From contig OY762721.1 of the NCBI GenBank assembly GCA_963666345.1, positions 1,856,001 to 1,920,000 of the forward strand: a stretch of 64,000 nt of DNA. The letters are read 5' to 3'. Position 1 is the first letter of the stretch; every line of letters starts with the position of its first letter. A program made the translations under genes and the position numbers. The DNA is from Desulfatiglandales bacterium (GTDB taxonomy: Bacteria; Desulfobacterota; DSM-4660; Desulfatiglandales; Desulfatiglandaceae). Below the pieces are notes generated by a model. The model worked only from the letters and a program-made list of their open reading frames with translations. It was not told the origin of the DNA and ran no database searches. Shown here piece after piece: positions 21,901 to 32,835 of this stretch.

Positions 21901-23472
21901 TTATATTAAAGCCTGATGTTTTTTTCTCAAAAGATCGTTAACGGTCTTTACAGGATTAAATGTGGTGATAGGGACCTCTACAAAAACAGTATTCCAGAAG
22001 GCCATGGACCCGTTCCATAGGCCCGGCAGTTCAAGGGCCTTAAGTTCCCGCCCCCCCTTTGACTTTATTGAGATAAATACGGCATGGTCGTCCCTGTATT
22101 CTGCAAGATCAAAGGCTCTGCCCCTGTAATCGCGAAGCCCGCATACTATATCCACCGGGTTGAAATGGGTGGCCGATCTCAAAATCTTCTGCTGCCGGTC
22201 GCTTCCTGGGTCAACCTGGACCGATTCAACAATCTGAATCGAAGACCCGGCCTCATTTTCAACCCAGAACGGGCCGCCGCCCGGCTCCCCCTCGTTTCTT
22301 ACCATACCGCATACCCTTATCGGCCTGTTTAACCTGGAAAAAAGGAATTCATTTCTCTTTTTGAGCCCTGCATCATCAAGGTCTTCAGGCGGAACGATAT
22401 TAAGGCCTTCCCGGGCAAATTCAAAGATTTTTTCGATATCCTCTCTTTCGATATTCTCCCTTTCAAGCCTTTTTAGAAACTCAAAGGACTTTTGCTGCAG
22501 TTCCACAAGGAGCCCGCCAAGCACCTTTTTGTAAAGACAGGTCTCCTGCTTCAACCTGTCCGGCACGATATTGTCAATGTTCTTTAAAAAGACAATATCC
22601 CCGTCAAGTCTGTTAAGATTTCCAAGAAGCGCCCCATGCCCGCCCGGACGAAAAAGGATTCGCCCTTGATCGTCTCTGAAGGGCCTGTTTTCAAGATCAA
22701 CCGCAACCGTATCTGTGGAAGGATCCTGAAACGAAAGACCTGCATTTATTTTCCTCCCTTCCTTTTCATATATACTGCGGCTTCTTGCTATTTCATCAGC
22801 TACAAGCGCCTCATGTTCAGGCGAGACGGTAAAATGCAGCCTGCTGACTCCCCTTTTATCCGTGGCATATTCGAGTGCCTCCACGATATGCTCTTCTATG
22901 GGAGTCCTTGCCTGATTCCGGTAAAGATGAAAATCGATCAACCCCTTGGGCATACCGGCGTAGCTGAGCCCCTTTTCACTCAGGATATATTCAAGGATGA
23001 TTTTCCATTGGTTTTTCTGAATAAGCGCCTCAAGATCCAGACCATTTTCCCTCATCAGCCATTTAAGCCGGGGATAAAATGCAAACGAGCCGATATTGTC
23101 AGTAAACTCAATAAAATCCGCGCAATCGGAATCACCCTTAAGGGCGCAGGCCTCCATTCCCTTAATATCCAGCGCGTCCAATCTGTTGTACGCCGAATGG
23201 AGCACCTTAAACATCCTGCTTGCGGCTCCCGATGCAGGCACGAATTTGAGTACCCTTCCCTGTAATTGCGCCTTTATGTACGATCGGCTCAACCTTTCAA
23301 TCTCTGAACCGTCGAGCCTGATTATTCCGTCCCCTGTGGTGCAGGGTCTAAGGAGCCTGCAAAAAGGCGCCTCCCTTTTAAATGTCTCTATCTGTTTGAG
23401 GACATCTTCGGTTGAAATGCCTCTTTCCCGGATCTGCCTTAAATCACTTTCCGTGAGAATCCGTGCTGCCAT
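21901..23472 (-). CDS. DUF4301 family protein
   Basis: KFVPASGAASRMFK, FRPGGHGALL, KNIDN, GEPGGGPFWV, THFNPVD, ELPGLWNG. Confidence 0.9.
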   Translation of the reverse strand: MAARILTESDLRQIRERGISTEDVLKQIETFKREAPFCRLLRPCTTGDGIIRLDGSEIERLSRSYIKAQLQGRVLKFVPASGAASRMFKVLHSAYNRLDALDIKGMEACALKGDSDCADFIEFTDNIGSFAFYPRLKWLMRENGLDLEALIQKNQWKIILEYILSEKGLSYAGMPKGLIDFHLYRNQARTPIEEHIVEALEYATDKRGVSRLHFTVSPEHEALVADEIARSRSIYEKEGRKINAGLSFQDPSTDTVAVDLENRPFRDDQGRILFRPGGHGALLGNLNRLDGDIVFLKNIDNIVPDRLKQETCLYKKVLGGLLVELQQKSFEFLKRLERENIEREDIEKIFEFAREGLNIVPPEDLDDAGLKKRNEFLFSRLNRPIRVCGMVRNEGEPGGGPFWVENEAGSSIQIVESVQVDPGSDRQQKILRSATHFNPVDIVCGLRDYRGRAFDLAEYRDDHAVFISIKSKGGRELKALELPGLWNGSMAFWNTVFVEVPITTFNPVKTVNDLLRKKHQALI

Positions 23473-23595
23473 ATCTTCCAGGCCTCCATATTATCGTCCC
23501 GATTCCATGAGCTATTGCTTACAGGTTATCATATCTCATCTGTTTCTCAAAACTGTTCACTCCCCGGCCCATTTTTTTCATATCTCCTAATATTA

Positions 23596-24105
23596 ACGCG
23601 CAAGCGGAGGCGCAGGGACTCTTTCCGGAGGCCTTATCTCACAAAAAAATACCGCAGGCATATGCAGTGGCCGCATATAGGGTTTTCCTCCCGGGAGCCC
23701 TGTGAGATTAGGTACTGTTTACAAAAGCCCGTGGATGCGGTCACTTCTCCGTAAAAATTAGATAAGGCCGGAGAAAGAGCCCCGGTGCCTGAGCGTAACG
23801 AATGCAGATACGCGAAAAGAAAACAGGGGTTATCTGTTATTCGTTATACGGAGAAAAACCAAAAACACACCCCTGTCCTTTCTTTTATACCTTTGTTTGT
23901 TTACGCACAAGAGCAGGTGCCGGAGCTTTTTTTCCGGGCTTCTCTCACAAAAAAATACCACAGGAAGATGCAGTGACCGCAGACCGGGCTTTCTTCCCGG
24001 GTGCCCTATCAGTTAAGGTAACATCTGCAAAAGCCCAAGGATGCGGTCACTTCTCCGTAAAAAATAGAGAAGGCCGGAGAAAGAGCCCCGGCGCCTGAGC
24101 GTACT
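23596..24105 (+). repeat. Repeat family A, tandem head-to-tail copies (period 307 bp)
   Basis: CAAG anchor at 23601 and 23908; two hairpin cores joined by the linker. Confidence 0.92.
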
Positions 24106-24145
24106 ACATAACAGACAGCGGGTGGATTTCTCCCCCTATAAAGAC

Positions 24146-24187
24146 AAAAAAGGCAAGACCCTATCTTAGTTGAGGGACTTGCCTTTT
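24146..24187 (-). terminator. Probable terminator of the aminotransferase gene
   Basis: AAAAGGCAAG-ACCCT...AGGG-ACTTGCCTTTT. Confidence 0.6.
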
Positions 24188-24208
24188 AAATCCGGGGGCT
24201 GATTCGCA

Positions 24209-25126
24209 CTATTTTAGAGGGAAAAGCCAGTCACTGAATCTCTTATCCCTTCCGCTCGTAATTTCAGCCATCTGGTCTAGAAGTTTTTTGCTCACTTCAC
24301 CAGGCACGTTTTCAAAAACCCTGTCCTCGATCTTCCTGACCGGAAGGATCTTGAAAGATGTTCCGGCGAAAAAGGCCTCTTCAGCCTCATAGATCAGCTC
24401 CGGCCTGAACCTGGCCTCAACCGTCTCTATGCCGAGTGATTCGGCTACCTTGGGCAATGACTTTCTGGTAATGCTTCTCAGAATAGTCCCGAGTGAGGGA
24501 GTAAGAAGCGCGCCGTCTTTTACAAAAAAGATCGACTCCGTTCCACCCTCCGCTATGAAGCCCTGCGTGTCGAGCATTATGGCCATGTCAAAGCCACGCT
24601 TCCTGGCCTCTATCCTTGCCATCATGCCGTTTATATAGTTTGCGGCAACCTTTGCCTCAGGCGGAACCGTCTGGGGATCCAGCTTCCGCCAGCTGGAAAT
24701 GGAGGCGGTGGTTCCTTCCTTCAAAGGATAGTTGTTTCCGCCCAGATCCTCCTCGGGGCTCATTACAAATACGGAAAGGCTGAGACTGCCCTCCGGAGGA
24801 AGGATCTCAAAGGCGACCTGGGGATAATACCCCATCATCTTTATCTGGCCATGGTCAAGGCCGTTTTTCTTTACCGTTTCAAGGACCGCAGCCATGATCT
24901 CATCCTTTGTCAGGTCGAGCTTCATCTCAAGCAATTTCGAACTCCTGATAAATCTATCCACGTGCTCGTCCAGTCTGTAAACACAAGGCCCTCTGTCCGT
25001 GTTATGGAACCCCAGCACCTCAAAAATACTTGAGCCGCGTGCAAAGCTGTGGCTCATTATGTGGACGGTAGACTCATTCCACCCTATAAATTCTCCATCC
25101 CTGTATACTATTCGATCTTCCAGCAT
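24209..25126 (-). CDS. ilvE: Class IV (branched-chain) aminotransferase
   Basis: RLDEHVDR, AKVAANY, AEGGTE, ILRSITR, EAFFAGT. Confidence 0.85.
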   Translation of the reverse strand: MLEDRIVYRDGEFIGWNESTVHIMSHSFARGSSIFEVLGFHNTDRGPCVYRLDEHVDRFIRSSKLLEMKLDLTKDEIMAAVLETVKKNGLDHGQIKMMGYYPQVAFEILPPEGSLSLSVFVMSPEEDLGGNNYPLKEGTTASISSWRKLDPQTVPPEAKVAANYINGMMARIEARKRGFDMAIMLDTQGFIAEGGTESIFFVKDGALLTPSLGTILRSITRKSLPKVAESLGIETVEARFRPELIYEAEEAFFAGTSFKILPVRKIEDRVFENVPGEVSKKLLDQMAEITSGRDKRFSDWLFPLK

Positions 25127-25414
25127 TATTGTAATCTCCTAAGAATCTTATTTTTAAAAATCAGGCAATTCATATATTATCAGTCCCTGATGCCAGGGGC
25201 CGTTCATGACCCATCCGCCTAAGTAAAAACCGGCCCAAAGGGCCAGGTTTTCCGTGACGGAACAATGCCATATCTTATACACAGGCTCAATATCAAGCGT
25301 CAAGCATCAAGTATGAAAAGCTCAAAGAAATAATTATCTTATATAAAAAATATGCTATAGGGTCCTCTTGCATATACATTCCGGACAAAACAATCCTGAA
25401 TCGGAGTTCTTTTC

Positions 25415-26329
25415 TTGAGAAAAACAGCACCAGGGGCATACCTGGCACTCATATCAGCAGTAGTAATCTGGGGGCTTTCCTTTGTCGCAACAAAGATGGC
25501 ACTTGAGTCCATCCCCACCTTTACACTCATATTCGCCCGTTTCGGCATCGGCGCGTGCCTCTTCATCGGCATTATGGCCAAAAGGGGGGTCCCCAGGCTT
25601 TCAAAGGGCGACAATCTGAGGATGTTCCTTACGGCCCTTTTCGAACCGGGTCTTTATTTCTTTTTTGAAACCGTAGGGCTTCAATACACAACAGCGGCAA
25701 AGGCATCGCTAATAATAGCGGCGATCCCGGTTGTGGTACTCATTCTGGGAAGGATTCTCATCAAGGAAAAGACCGGATTTTCATCCTTTATAGGCGTGGC
25801 AGTGTCGATTGCGGGGATCTCGATACTGGTGGCGGGAGACCCGAGGATCGCAAACGGCCTGGGAGGGGGACTGCTGGGTGACATGCTGATATTCGGAGCG
25901 GTACTGTCCGCCTCCCTTTACACGATCTCCGTGAGACATCTGGCCAAAAGACATTCCTCTTTTGAAATCACTACCATGCAGACTATTTACGGCGGCATTT
26001 TCTATGCGCCCGCCTTCCTGTGGGAACTGCCCGGCATTGAATTTTCCGCCATAAGCGGAAGATCGATAGGGGCGCTTGTCTATCTGACCCTGTTTGCAAC
26101 CATAATCGCATTTCTATGCTACAATCATGCCCTTTCAAAACTGACGGCGGCAAAGGCGGCTGTCTTTATTAACGGGGTCCCGGTAGTCACGGCGATCGGA
26201 GCATGGATAATACTGGGGGAAAGGCTCACCCTGATACAGGCGATGGGGGGCCTCCTGGTGCTTTTCGGTGTGTTTCTCACCAATTTCCAGGGAGTTCTCG
26301 GGAAAAACAGGAGAGCCACAAGTAACTAA
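25415..26329 (+). CDS. DMT/EamA family transporter
   Basis: IWGLSFVATK, ~10 TM segments, LGERLT. Confidence 0.88.
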   Translation: MRKTAPGAYLALISAVVIWGLSFVATKMALESIPTFTLIFARFGIGACLFIGIMAKRGVPRLSKGDNLRMFLTALFEPGLYFFFETVGLQYTTAAKASLIIAAIPVVVLILGRILIKEKTGFSSFIGVAVSIAGISILVAGDPRIANGLGGGLLGDMLIFGAVLSASLYTISVRHLAKRHSSFEITTMQTIYGGIFYAPAFLWELPGIEFSAISGRSIGALVYLTLFATIIAFLCYNHALSKLTAAKAAVFINGVPVVTAIGAWIILGERLTLIQAMGGLLVLFGVFLTNFQGVLGKNRRATSN

Positions 26330-26377
26330 CGGATATCTCTCAAGAGTTGAGGATTAAACGAATAGCGTAACAAAAGG

Positions 26378-27106
26378 CTATTCAATCAGAGACACGGCAT
26401 CGCTGTCGAGGAGCCAGACCAGCTCTCCATCGGAAGGCCTTACTTTTAAGGCGGGAAGATCATGGCTATTAGGGCCGAAGAGTTTCTTTATGATACCTGC
26501 CTTGGATTTCCCTGACACCATAAAGGCCACCTTTTTCGCCCTGTTTATTACAGGAAGGGTCAGGGTGATGCGATCAAGGGGAGGTTCTCCTCCGGTCAGT
26601 GCCGCTGCCGGTCGCTCTTTTTCATCCAGCACGTCATGTCCCGGGAAAAGCGAGGCTGTATGCCCGTCTTCTCCGATGCCCAGAAAGATAAGGTCAAAGA
26701 CGGGGATCTGACCTTCACTGAGGCTGAAAAAATCGATGAGGAACTCCCCGTATTCCCTGGCCCCTGTTTCAGGGTCCATCTCACCAGGCATCGGGTGGAC
26801 ATTTCCGGGTCTTACAGGTGCCTTATCGAGAAAATCCCTTTTCGCATTTCCGTAGTTGCTTTGCCTGTTTTGTATCGGCACGCAGCGTTCATCCACCCAG
26901 AAGAAATCCGTCTTATCCCACGGCATTTCAGACAGGAAGGGTTCTTTTGAAAGGAGGCCGTGCATCGGCCTGGGGGTCTTACCCCCTGAAAGGGCTATCG
27001 AAAAGCCGCCTTTGAGCGATGCACACCTTTCGGCCTCTGAAACGATCAGTTCCGACCCTGTTGCGGCAAGCTCCTTTTCGCTATCGACAATAATCCTTGT
27101 TACCAA
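26378..27106 (-). CDS. pgl: 6-phosphogluconolactonase
   Basis: ALSGGKTP, DERCVP, LGIGEDGHTASLFP, RITLT. Confidence 0.93.
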   Translation of the reverse strand: MVTRIIVDSEKELAATGSELIVSEAERCASLKGGFSIALSGGKTPRPMHGLLSKEPFLSEMPWDKTDFFWVDERCVPIQNRQSNYGNAKRDFLDKAPVRPGNVHPMPGEMDPETGAREYGEFLIDFFSLSEGQIPVFDLIFLGIGEDGHTASLFPGHDVLDEKERPAAALTGGEPPLDRITLTLPVINRAKKVAFMVSGKSKAGIIKKLFGPNSHDLPALKVRPSDGELVWLLDSDAVSLIE

Positions 27107-27130
27107 CCTTCACCCCCCCGCTGCCTGAGA

Positions 27131-28693
27131 TTATCGTCTTAAAGGCATTATCGTATCAGCCTCTTCAGGGCCCCATGAACCGGCAGGATAAAACATGAGG
27201 TTCTCGGCCCTGTCGCCGCAGGTCTCGCAACTCTCCAGTATGGGTGTAAGAAAGGACCAGCAGAGATTGACGCCGTCCTGACGCCAGAAAAGCATCTGGT
27301 CCCCCAGCATGCAGTCGACCAGCACCTTTTCGTATGCATCCAGCATCGGCCCCTTGTAGTCCCGGTTGTATTGGAAATCCATGGTAACCGATCTCAGGCA
27401 CACCTTTGCCCCCGGCTGTTTTGTCTGAAACGTGAGAGAGATCTTCTCCTCCGGATATATCCCCAGGATCAGCCTGTTGGCGGCTATTTCAACCCCTACT
27501 ATGGACCTGAACATCGAATGGGGGACCTCCCTGAAGTCTATGGCGATCTGCGTCAGTTTTCTTTTAAGCCTCTTGCCCGATTCAAGATAAAACGGCACCC
27601 CCTGCCAGCGCCAGTTATCGATAAACACCCTCATCACGGCATATGTGGGTATAAGGGAAGAGCCGCTTACCCTCTCTTCACTCCGGTAAGACGGGACCTT
27701 GGCTCCTTCGAGGTCTCCCTCCTCATACTGGCCCAGCACCAGGTGTTCACGCAGGTTATCAACCGGAAACGGTCTCAGGGCCCTGTAGACCCTCACCTTT
27801 TCATCCCTCACCAGGTCCGCCTCAAAGCGCGAAGGGGGGTCCATGGCGGTAAGGGAGAGAAGCTGCATCATATGGTTCTGAAACATGTCGCGCAGGACCC
27901 CTGCATGCTCGTAATAACCGGCCCTGTGCTCAACCCCGAGGGTCTCTGCCGCCGTGATACTTACCGATTCGATATATCTCCTGTTCCAGACCGGTTCGAA
28001 TATGGCGTTTGCAAAGCGGAACATGAGTATATTCTGGACCGTCTCCTTTGCCAGGTAATGGTCTATCCTGAATATCTGGTGTTCCAGGAAATTTTCATGA
28101 AGGGCACTGTCAAGGGCAAGTGCGGTTTCAAGGTCACGGCCGAAAGGCTTTTCCACCACTATCCTTGACCATCCGTTAAAATCGCCCTGTTCCCTTGAAA
28201 GATCCGCCCTGCCGAGCATCCGGGCAACCTCCTGATAGAGTATGGGAGGAATGGCAAGATAAAACATTCGATTTCCCGCGGTACTGCCCTCTAGGTCAAG
28301 CCTTTTAAGCCTTGCCGAAAGCACTTCAAAGGAATCCGGGTCCCCATAGACAAGGGGACAGTAAAAAAGGCGGGAGGAAAAGGAATCCCACTCTGAAAGA
28401 TCAAGCCCGGCATGTCCTGACATGGCCAGCCTCATCCTGTCCCTGAATGATTCATCGGTCATCTCCGTGCGGCTTGCGCCCACCACCAGAAAGGGGGAGG
28501 AAAAGGCGCCTTTAAGATAGAGATTATAAAGCGCCGGCATGATTTTTCTCGCGGCAAGGTCTCCTGAGGCACCGATGATTACAATCATACATGGATCAAG
28601 TGCGCCTTCGATCATGCAGGAGCCTAAATTATAATCCGAATCAGGCGTGTCAAACGTAACAAGGGTATCCGGTTTTTTATCATCCATAATCAT
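27131..28693 (-). CDS. zwf: Glucose-6-phosphate dehydrogenase
   Basis: [36 protein letters not shown]. Confidence 0.95.
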   Translation of the reverse strand: MIMDDKKPDTLVTFDTPDSDYNLGSCMIEGALDPCMIVIIGASGDLAARKIMPALYNLYLKGAFSSPFLVVGASRTEMTDESFRDRMRLAMSGHAGLDLSEWDSFSSRLFYCPLVYGDPDSFEVLSARLKRLDLEGSTAGNRMFYLAIPPILYQEVARMLGRADLSREQGDFNGWSRIVVEKPFGRDLETALALDSALHENFLEHQIFRIDHYLAKETVQNILMFRFANAIFEPVWNRRYIESVSITAAETLGVEHRAGYYEHAGVLRDMFQNHMMQLLSLTAMDPPSRFEADLVRDEKVRVYRALRPFPVDNLREHLVLGQYEEGDLEGAKVPSYRSEERVSGSSLIPTYAVMRVFIDNWRWQGVPFYLESGKRLKRKLTQIAIDFREVPHSMFRSIVGVEIAANRLILGIYPEEKISLTFQTKQPGAKVCLRSVTMDFQYNRDYKGPMLDAYEKVLVDCMLGDQMLFWRQDGVNLCWSFLTPILESCETCGDRAENLMFYPAGSWGPEEADTIMPLRR

Positions 28694-29598
28694 TTCACCT
28701 TTTCCTTTACGGCATGACCGCCGAATTCGCGGCGCAGGGCCGCCACAAACCTGTCCGAGAAGCTGTCCCGTGTCTGAGATTCAAACCGGCGCATAAGGGA
28801 AAGAGTGGTAACAGGGGCCGATACCCCGCTTTCCACCGCATGCTGAACCGTCCACCTGCCCTCGCCTGAATCCTCGATATAACCCTTTATATCGTCAAGC
28901 TTATCCCCCCCGGCAAATGCATCCTCTGCAAGCTCAAGCAGCCAGGAACGGATCACGCTTCCCTGATTCCAGAGATGTGATATCTCCCTGTAGTTGAAAG
29001 AACCGGAATAGGGAGATGCCTCAAGCAGCTCGAATCCCTCTCCGTATGCCTGCATCATACCGTATTCTATGCCGTTATGAATCATCTTTACGAAATGGCC
29101 CGCACCTGCAGCCCCGCAGTGGAGAAAACCGCCTTCAGGAGCGAGGGTCTCAAATACAGGCTCAAGATATCCGAAGGTCTCCTTGTCTCCTCCCAGCATG
29201 AGACAGTATCCGTTCTTGAGTCCCCGGATACCCCCGCTTACCCCGGCATCCATGTATCTTATGCCTCTTTTCTCAAGTGTCTCGCTCCTTTTTATGTCAT
29301 CCCTGTAAAAGGAATTTCCCCCTTCGATTATAATATCACCTTTTGAAATAAGAGGTAAAAGCCGATCAATATGATCATCCACCGGAGGGCCTGCGGGAAG
29401 CATAATCCATATGATACGAGGCTGATCCAGTTTTTCGACGACCTCTTCAAGGCTGTATGCCCCTAAGGCTCCTTCCCGGCTCAAAAGGTCCACCTTATCC
29501 CTGCTCCTGTTATACGCCACCACCCGGTGCCCCCCATTGATAAGGCGCCTTGCCATATTCATACCCATACGGCCCAGTCCTACCATGGCTAATCTCAT
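28690..29598 (-). CDS. gnd: 6-phosphogluconate dehydrogenase, short (YqeC-type) form
   Basis: [35 protein letters not shown]. Confidence 0.93.
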   Translation of the reverse strand: MRLAMVGLGRMGMNMARRLINGGHRVVAYNRSRDKVDLLSREGALGAYSLEEVVEKLDQPRIIWIMLPAGPPVDDHIDRLLPLISKGDIIIEGGNSFYRDDIKRSETLEKRGIRYMDAGVSGGIRGLKNGYCLMLGGDKETFGYLEPVFETLAPEGGFLHCGAAGAGHFVKMIHNGIEYGMMQAYGEGFELLEASPYSGSFNYREISHLWNQGSVIRSWLLELAEDAFAGGDKLDDIKGYIEDSGEGRWTVQHAVESGVSAPVTTLSLMRRFESQTRDSFSDRFVAALRREFGGHAVKEKVK

Positions 29599-29631
29599 AA
29601 AAAACCTCCAATGATTAAGACAACTACCGGT

Positions 29632-29670
29632 TAGTTCTCATCCGTGGTTGCATTTCCGGATGGGAATCTA
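29632..29670. repeat. Minimal 39-bp element with family B termini
   Basis: TAGTTCTCATCCG...CGGATGGGAATCTA. Confidence 0.55.
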
Positions 29671-29672
29671 AT

Positions 29673-29830
29673 TAGTTTCCATCCAGAAATGAATCATTTC
29701 TGGATGTTGCCTTCAGCCGTCAGCTATCAGTAAGTAGCCAACAAATTGATATCTCAAGTGTTTTACTGACTGCTGAGAGCTGATTGCTGATATCATGAGC
29801 CCGTAAATCTTGATTTATGGATGAGCACTA
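29673..29830 (+). mobile_element. Repeat family B copy 2 (158 bp)
   Basis: Same length and near-identical to 15370-15527; terminal CTA is the stop codon of the adjacent CDS. Confidence 0.8.
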
Positions 29831-31282
29831 ATTAGGGGTGCACGCCCTTCCCTTTAGGTGAAAAAAGAACTTCAGCCCCTTTTTGACCGTATCAGAAAAA
29901 ATCCTTGGTGAAAAATAGGTCCCTGCCACCCGCTTGTTTATCTCTCCCAGCGTGGGATAAGGATGAACGGCGGAGGCCAGAGTCGAAAGCTTTACCCTGC
30001 CGTTTAAGACCGCGACCCACTCGCTCAAAAGCTCGCCTGCATGGGGACCCGCGATCTGGACTCCGATCGGTTTTTCCCTTGAATCCAGCAGCATCTTAAT
30101 CCTGCCTGCCCCCTCCCCTTCTGCAAGGCCCCTGTCATTGTCTTTGAATTCCTCTATATACAACTTGAAATCTATTCCCGCGGCCTTTGCAACCTTTTCA
30201 TTCATCCCGATGCTCGCCAGCTCCGGCTCGGTATAGGTGCACCAGGGGAGGAAGGTATAATCCGCCTTTCTCGGAAGACGAAACAGGGCGTTACTCAAAA
30301 CGATTGCCCCTTCATAACCTGCCGCATGTGTAAACTGATACCTGCCCGTGACATCTCCTGCCGCATATATATGTTTACGCGAGGTTTTCATGCGGGCATC
30401 CGTTGATATGCCTTTTTCATCACATTCAACACCGATCGCTTCAAGATTGAGCCCCTCGGTATTAGCCTTTCTTCCAAGGGCCACAAGGAGAGTTTCCGCC
30501 TTGATCGACACCTCTTTTCCCTCTGAGGTATCGATTCTAACGACCCTGGCATTTCCCTTATCCTCTGCGGACACGACCCTGGAGTTAAGGTAAAATTTGA
30601 CCCCTTCGGAACTCAAGGTCTCCATGACCAGGTCCGCCATGTCTTTATCCTCCCTGCTCAGGATCTGCCCGCTTCGCTGAACCACCGTGACAACTGTACC
30701 CAGACGGCGGAAGGCCTGGGCCATTTCAACGGCTAGCGGCCCGGCCCCCAGGATTATCATCGATTCAGGAAGGGACCTAAGAGAAAAAAGCTCCCTGTTG
30801 GTGATAAATGTTGATCCTTCAAGACCGGGTATATCGGGTATGCCTGCAGAGGACCCTGTTGCTATGACCCAGTTTCTGGCGGAAAAAGTCCCTGCTCCGA
30901 GATCTATTGTATGAGAATCGATAAATCCCGGTTCACCGAATTCCACTCTTGCGCCCAGAGAGCAGAAGCGTTCCTCGGAATCATAAGCCTGAATGGTATT
31001 TATCACGGATTGAATCCTTGCCGCCACCTTGCTGAAATCAACAGGGGGGATATCGACCTTGGGCAGTCCATGGTCTTTATGTCTTTTCATGAGATGATAG
31101 ACATGGGCCGACCTTATAAGGGTCTTGCTCGGAACGCACCCGAAGTGCAGGCAGTCACCACCGAGAGATTCCTCCTTTTCTATCAAAAGGGTTCTTGCTC
31201 CAAGCTGGGCCGCCCCGGATGCAACGGTGAGGCCCGCGGCCCCTCCTCCTATTATACCTATATCAAAATCATAATCCGGCAT
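29828..31282 (-). CDS. Pyridine nucleotide-disulfide oxidoreductase (MerA/LpdA-like)
   Basis: GGGAAG, GGDCLHFGCVPSK, AAGDV, HPYPT; no MerA C-terminal CC pair. Confidence 0.88.
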   Translation of the reverse strand: MPDYDFDIGIIGGGAAGLTVASGAAQLGARTLLIEKEESLGGDCLHFGCVPSKTLIRSAHVYHLMKRHKDHGLPKVDIPPVDFSKVAARIQSVINTIQAYDSEERFCSLGARVEFGEPGFIDSHTIDLGAGTFSARNWVIATGSSAGIPDIPGLEGSTFITNRELFSLRSLPESMIILGAGPLAVEMAQAFRRLGTVVTVVQRSGQILSREDKDMADLVMETLSSEGVKFYLNSRVVSAEDKGNARVVRIDTSEGKEVSIKAETLLVALGRKANTEGLNLEAIGVECDEKGISTDARMKTSRKHIYAAGDVTGRYQFTHAAGYEGAIVLSNALFRLPRKADYTFLPWCTYTEPELASIGMNEKVAKAAGIDFKLYIEEFKDNDRGLAEGEGAGRIKMLLDSREKPIGVQIAGPHAGELLSEWVAVLNGRVKLSTLASAVHPYPTLGEINKRVAGTYFSPRIFSDTVKKGLKFFFHLKGRACTPN

Positions 31283-31296
31283 GATATCCTCCCCTT

Positions 31297-32055
31297 TCAA
31301 CTGCCGTTAAGCGACCAGTCATAATCGAGATATTTCACCCTGATTTTATCCCTGCCCTCATCCAGCGCCTTTTTCAAATCTCCTTCTGCGTAAGGCAGGA
31401 AAAACCTGGGGATATCATCGTTAAAATCCTCTTTAAACCAGTCAAATATCTTGCTTACATGGAGGGTATCACCCTCAAGACGGTTCATTTCCGGATCATT
31501 TATAAAGGATCTGGTCGCATCATCCAGCTGCGCCTCAAGTATTTCACCCTCATAAGGCTCGCCTCTCAGGGGAGGGCAGCTCCTGAATGCGCAGTTTATT
31601 GCAAAATGCACACGAGGGTCATTGAAGTCCTTGCGAAGTATCTCATGCTCTATCTCATCGAGACTTTTCAGGTCCCCGTCTATACGGCAGATCTTTTTCT
31701 TCCAGGGGCTCCTCAAAAACGATCCCAGCTCCTTTATCGACTCAACACCCGGGTATCCGGTCAGGATAAGTTTTATTGTCCAGGCATTGTAGGCGTTTAC
31801 GTAAAAGGCAAACCGCGATTCCTTCGAAAGGGCCTCAGGACTTACCTCTTCCAGCACCATTAGATATCGGTCCAGCACCTCTTCGTCTTTCTTCAGTCCG
31901 CTGTAATCGACAAGGCCGTCCTTTACATATCTTTTGAGCAGTTCCGCATAGAGGCTGTTGTCAGCCGCCCCTTTGGCAGGGCACTCTCCGGCGCAGAAAA
32001 TCCCAGGTATAATAAGGGCCAGGGCAAATATAAGAAAGGCCCCTTTCATATTCAT
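31297..32055 (-). CDS. DUF547 family exported protein
   Basis: Signal peptide, FYVNAYNA, DPRVHFAINCA..SCPPL, SKIFDWF, YDWSLN. Confidence 0.9.
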   Translation of the reverse strand: MNMKGAFLIFALALIIPGIFCAGECPAKGAADNSLYAELLKRYVKDGLVDYSGLKKDEEVLDRYLMVLEEVSPEALSKESRFAFYVNAYNAWTIKLILTGYPGVESIKELGSFLRSPWKKKICRIDGDLKSLDEIEHEILRKDFNDPRVHFAINCAFRSCPPLRGEPYEGEILEAQLDDATRSFINDPEMNRLEGDTLHVSKIFDWFKEDFNDDIPRFFLPYAEGDLKKALDEGRDKIRVKYLDYDWSLNGS

Positions 32056-32124
32056 AAGATCTCTCCCTTTTGGATAGTGCGCCCCCTTAGGGCTGAAGAT
32101 TCTACTTGCCCTCCCGACCCCTCA

Positions 32125-32835
32125 TTACTCAGCCAAAGAGGGGTCCTTGCCCTTCTTTATTCTGTAACGGGCCATAAGCTTTTTTACCGTAATGGGGAAA
32201 AGGCCAAGTATAACAAAAGATATTATCAGGCCCGGGGATAAGATACCTGAAAGGGAATCAATCCGCCCCAGCTCTTTTCCCGCGTTTACATAGACCATTG
32301 TGCCGGGCAGCATGCCCACCTGAGACACCCAGTAAAAGGAGAAAAGCGGCATCCTGGTTATCCCCATGGCGAGATTTATCACAAAGAAAGGAAAAACAGG
32401 AATCAGGCGCAGTGAGAAAAGGTAGAAGGGGCCTTCAGTTTCAATCCCCCTGTTAATGGCCCTGAGCTTATCTCCGAATCTCTGCTGAACCCACTGCCTG
32501 AGGATAAATCTTGAGACAAAACAGGCGGCAGTCGCACCAATGGTGCTTGCAAAAGATACGATAAACGTTCCGTAGACAAAGCCGAATAAAGCCCCGCCGA
32601 TAAGTGTGAGTGCGGCAGCTCCGGGCAGGGAAATGGCCGTCGCTACGATGTAGATCATCATATAGACGGCAATCGCAAGGAACTGATGCCGGGAGTAGAT
32701 TTGAGAAAAGGAATCTCTGGATGCCTTCAGATAGTCAAGGGAGAAAAACCTGTCCAGATCAAAGATCTTGAATGCGGCAAAAAGGACCGCTACCCCTAAC
32801 AGGATGGCAAGCCTTTGAATCTGCTTCTCTTTCAT
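32125..32835 (-). CDS. TVP38/TMEM64 (DedA superfamily) membrane protein
   Basis: SLPGA, GGALFG, LRLIPVFPF, GMLPGT. Confidence 0.9.
   Translation of the reverse strand: MKEKQIQRLAILLGVAVLFAAFKIFDLDRFFSLDYLKASRDSFSQIYSRHQFLAIAVYMMIYIVATAISLPGAAALTLIGGALFGFVYGTFIVSFASTIGATAACFVSRFILRQWVQQRFGDKLRAINRGIETEGPFYLFSLRLIPVFPFFVINLAMGITRMPLFSFYWVSQVGMLPGTMVYVNAGKELGRIDSLSGILSPGLIISFVILGLFPITVKKLMARYRIKKGKDPSLAE

Noticed and set aside
23596..24105. Family A as a CRISPR array or hammerhead ribozyme
   Set aside because: No short repeat-spacer periodicity, no cas genes, and no CUGANGA/GAAA core found by eye on either strand
29828..31282. Mercuric reductase merA
   Set aside because: No C-terminal Cys-Cys pair and no mer genes nearby
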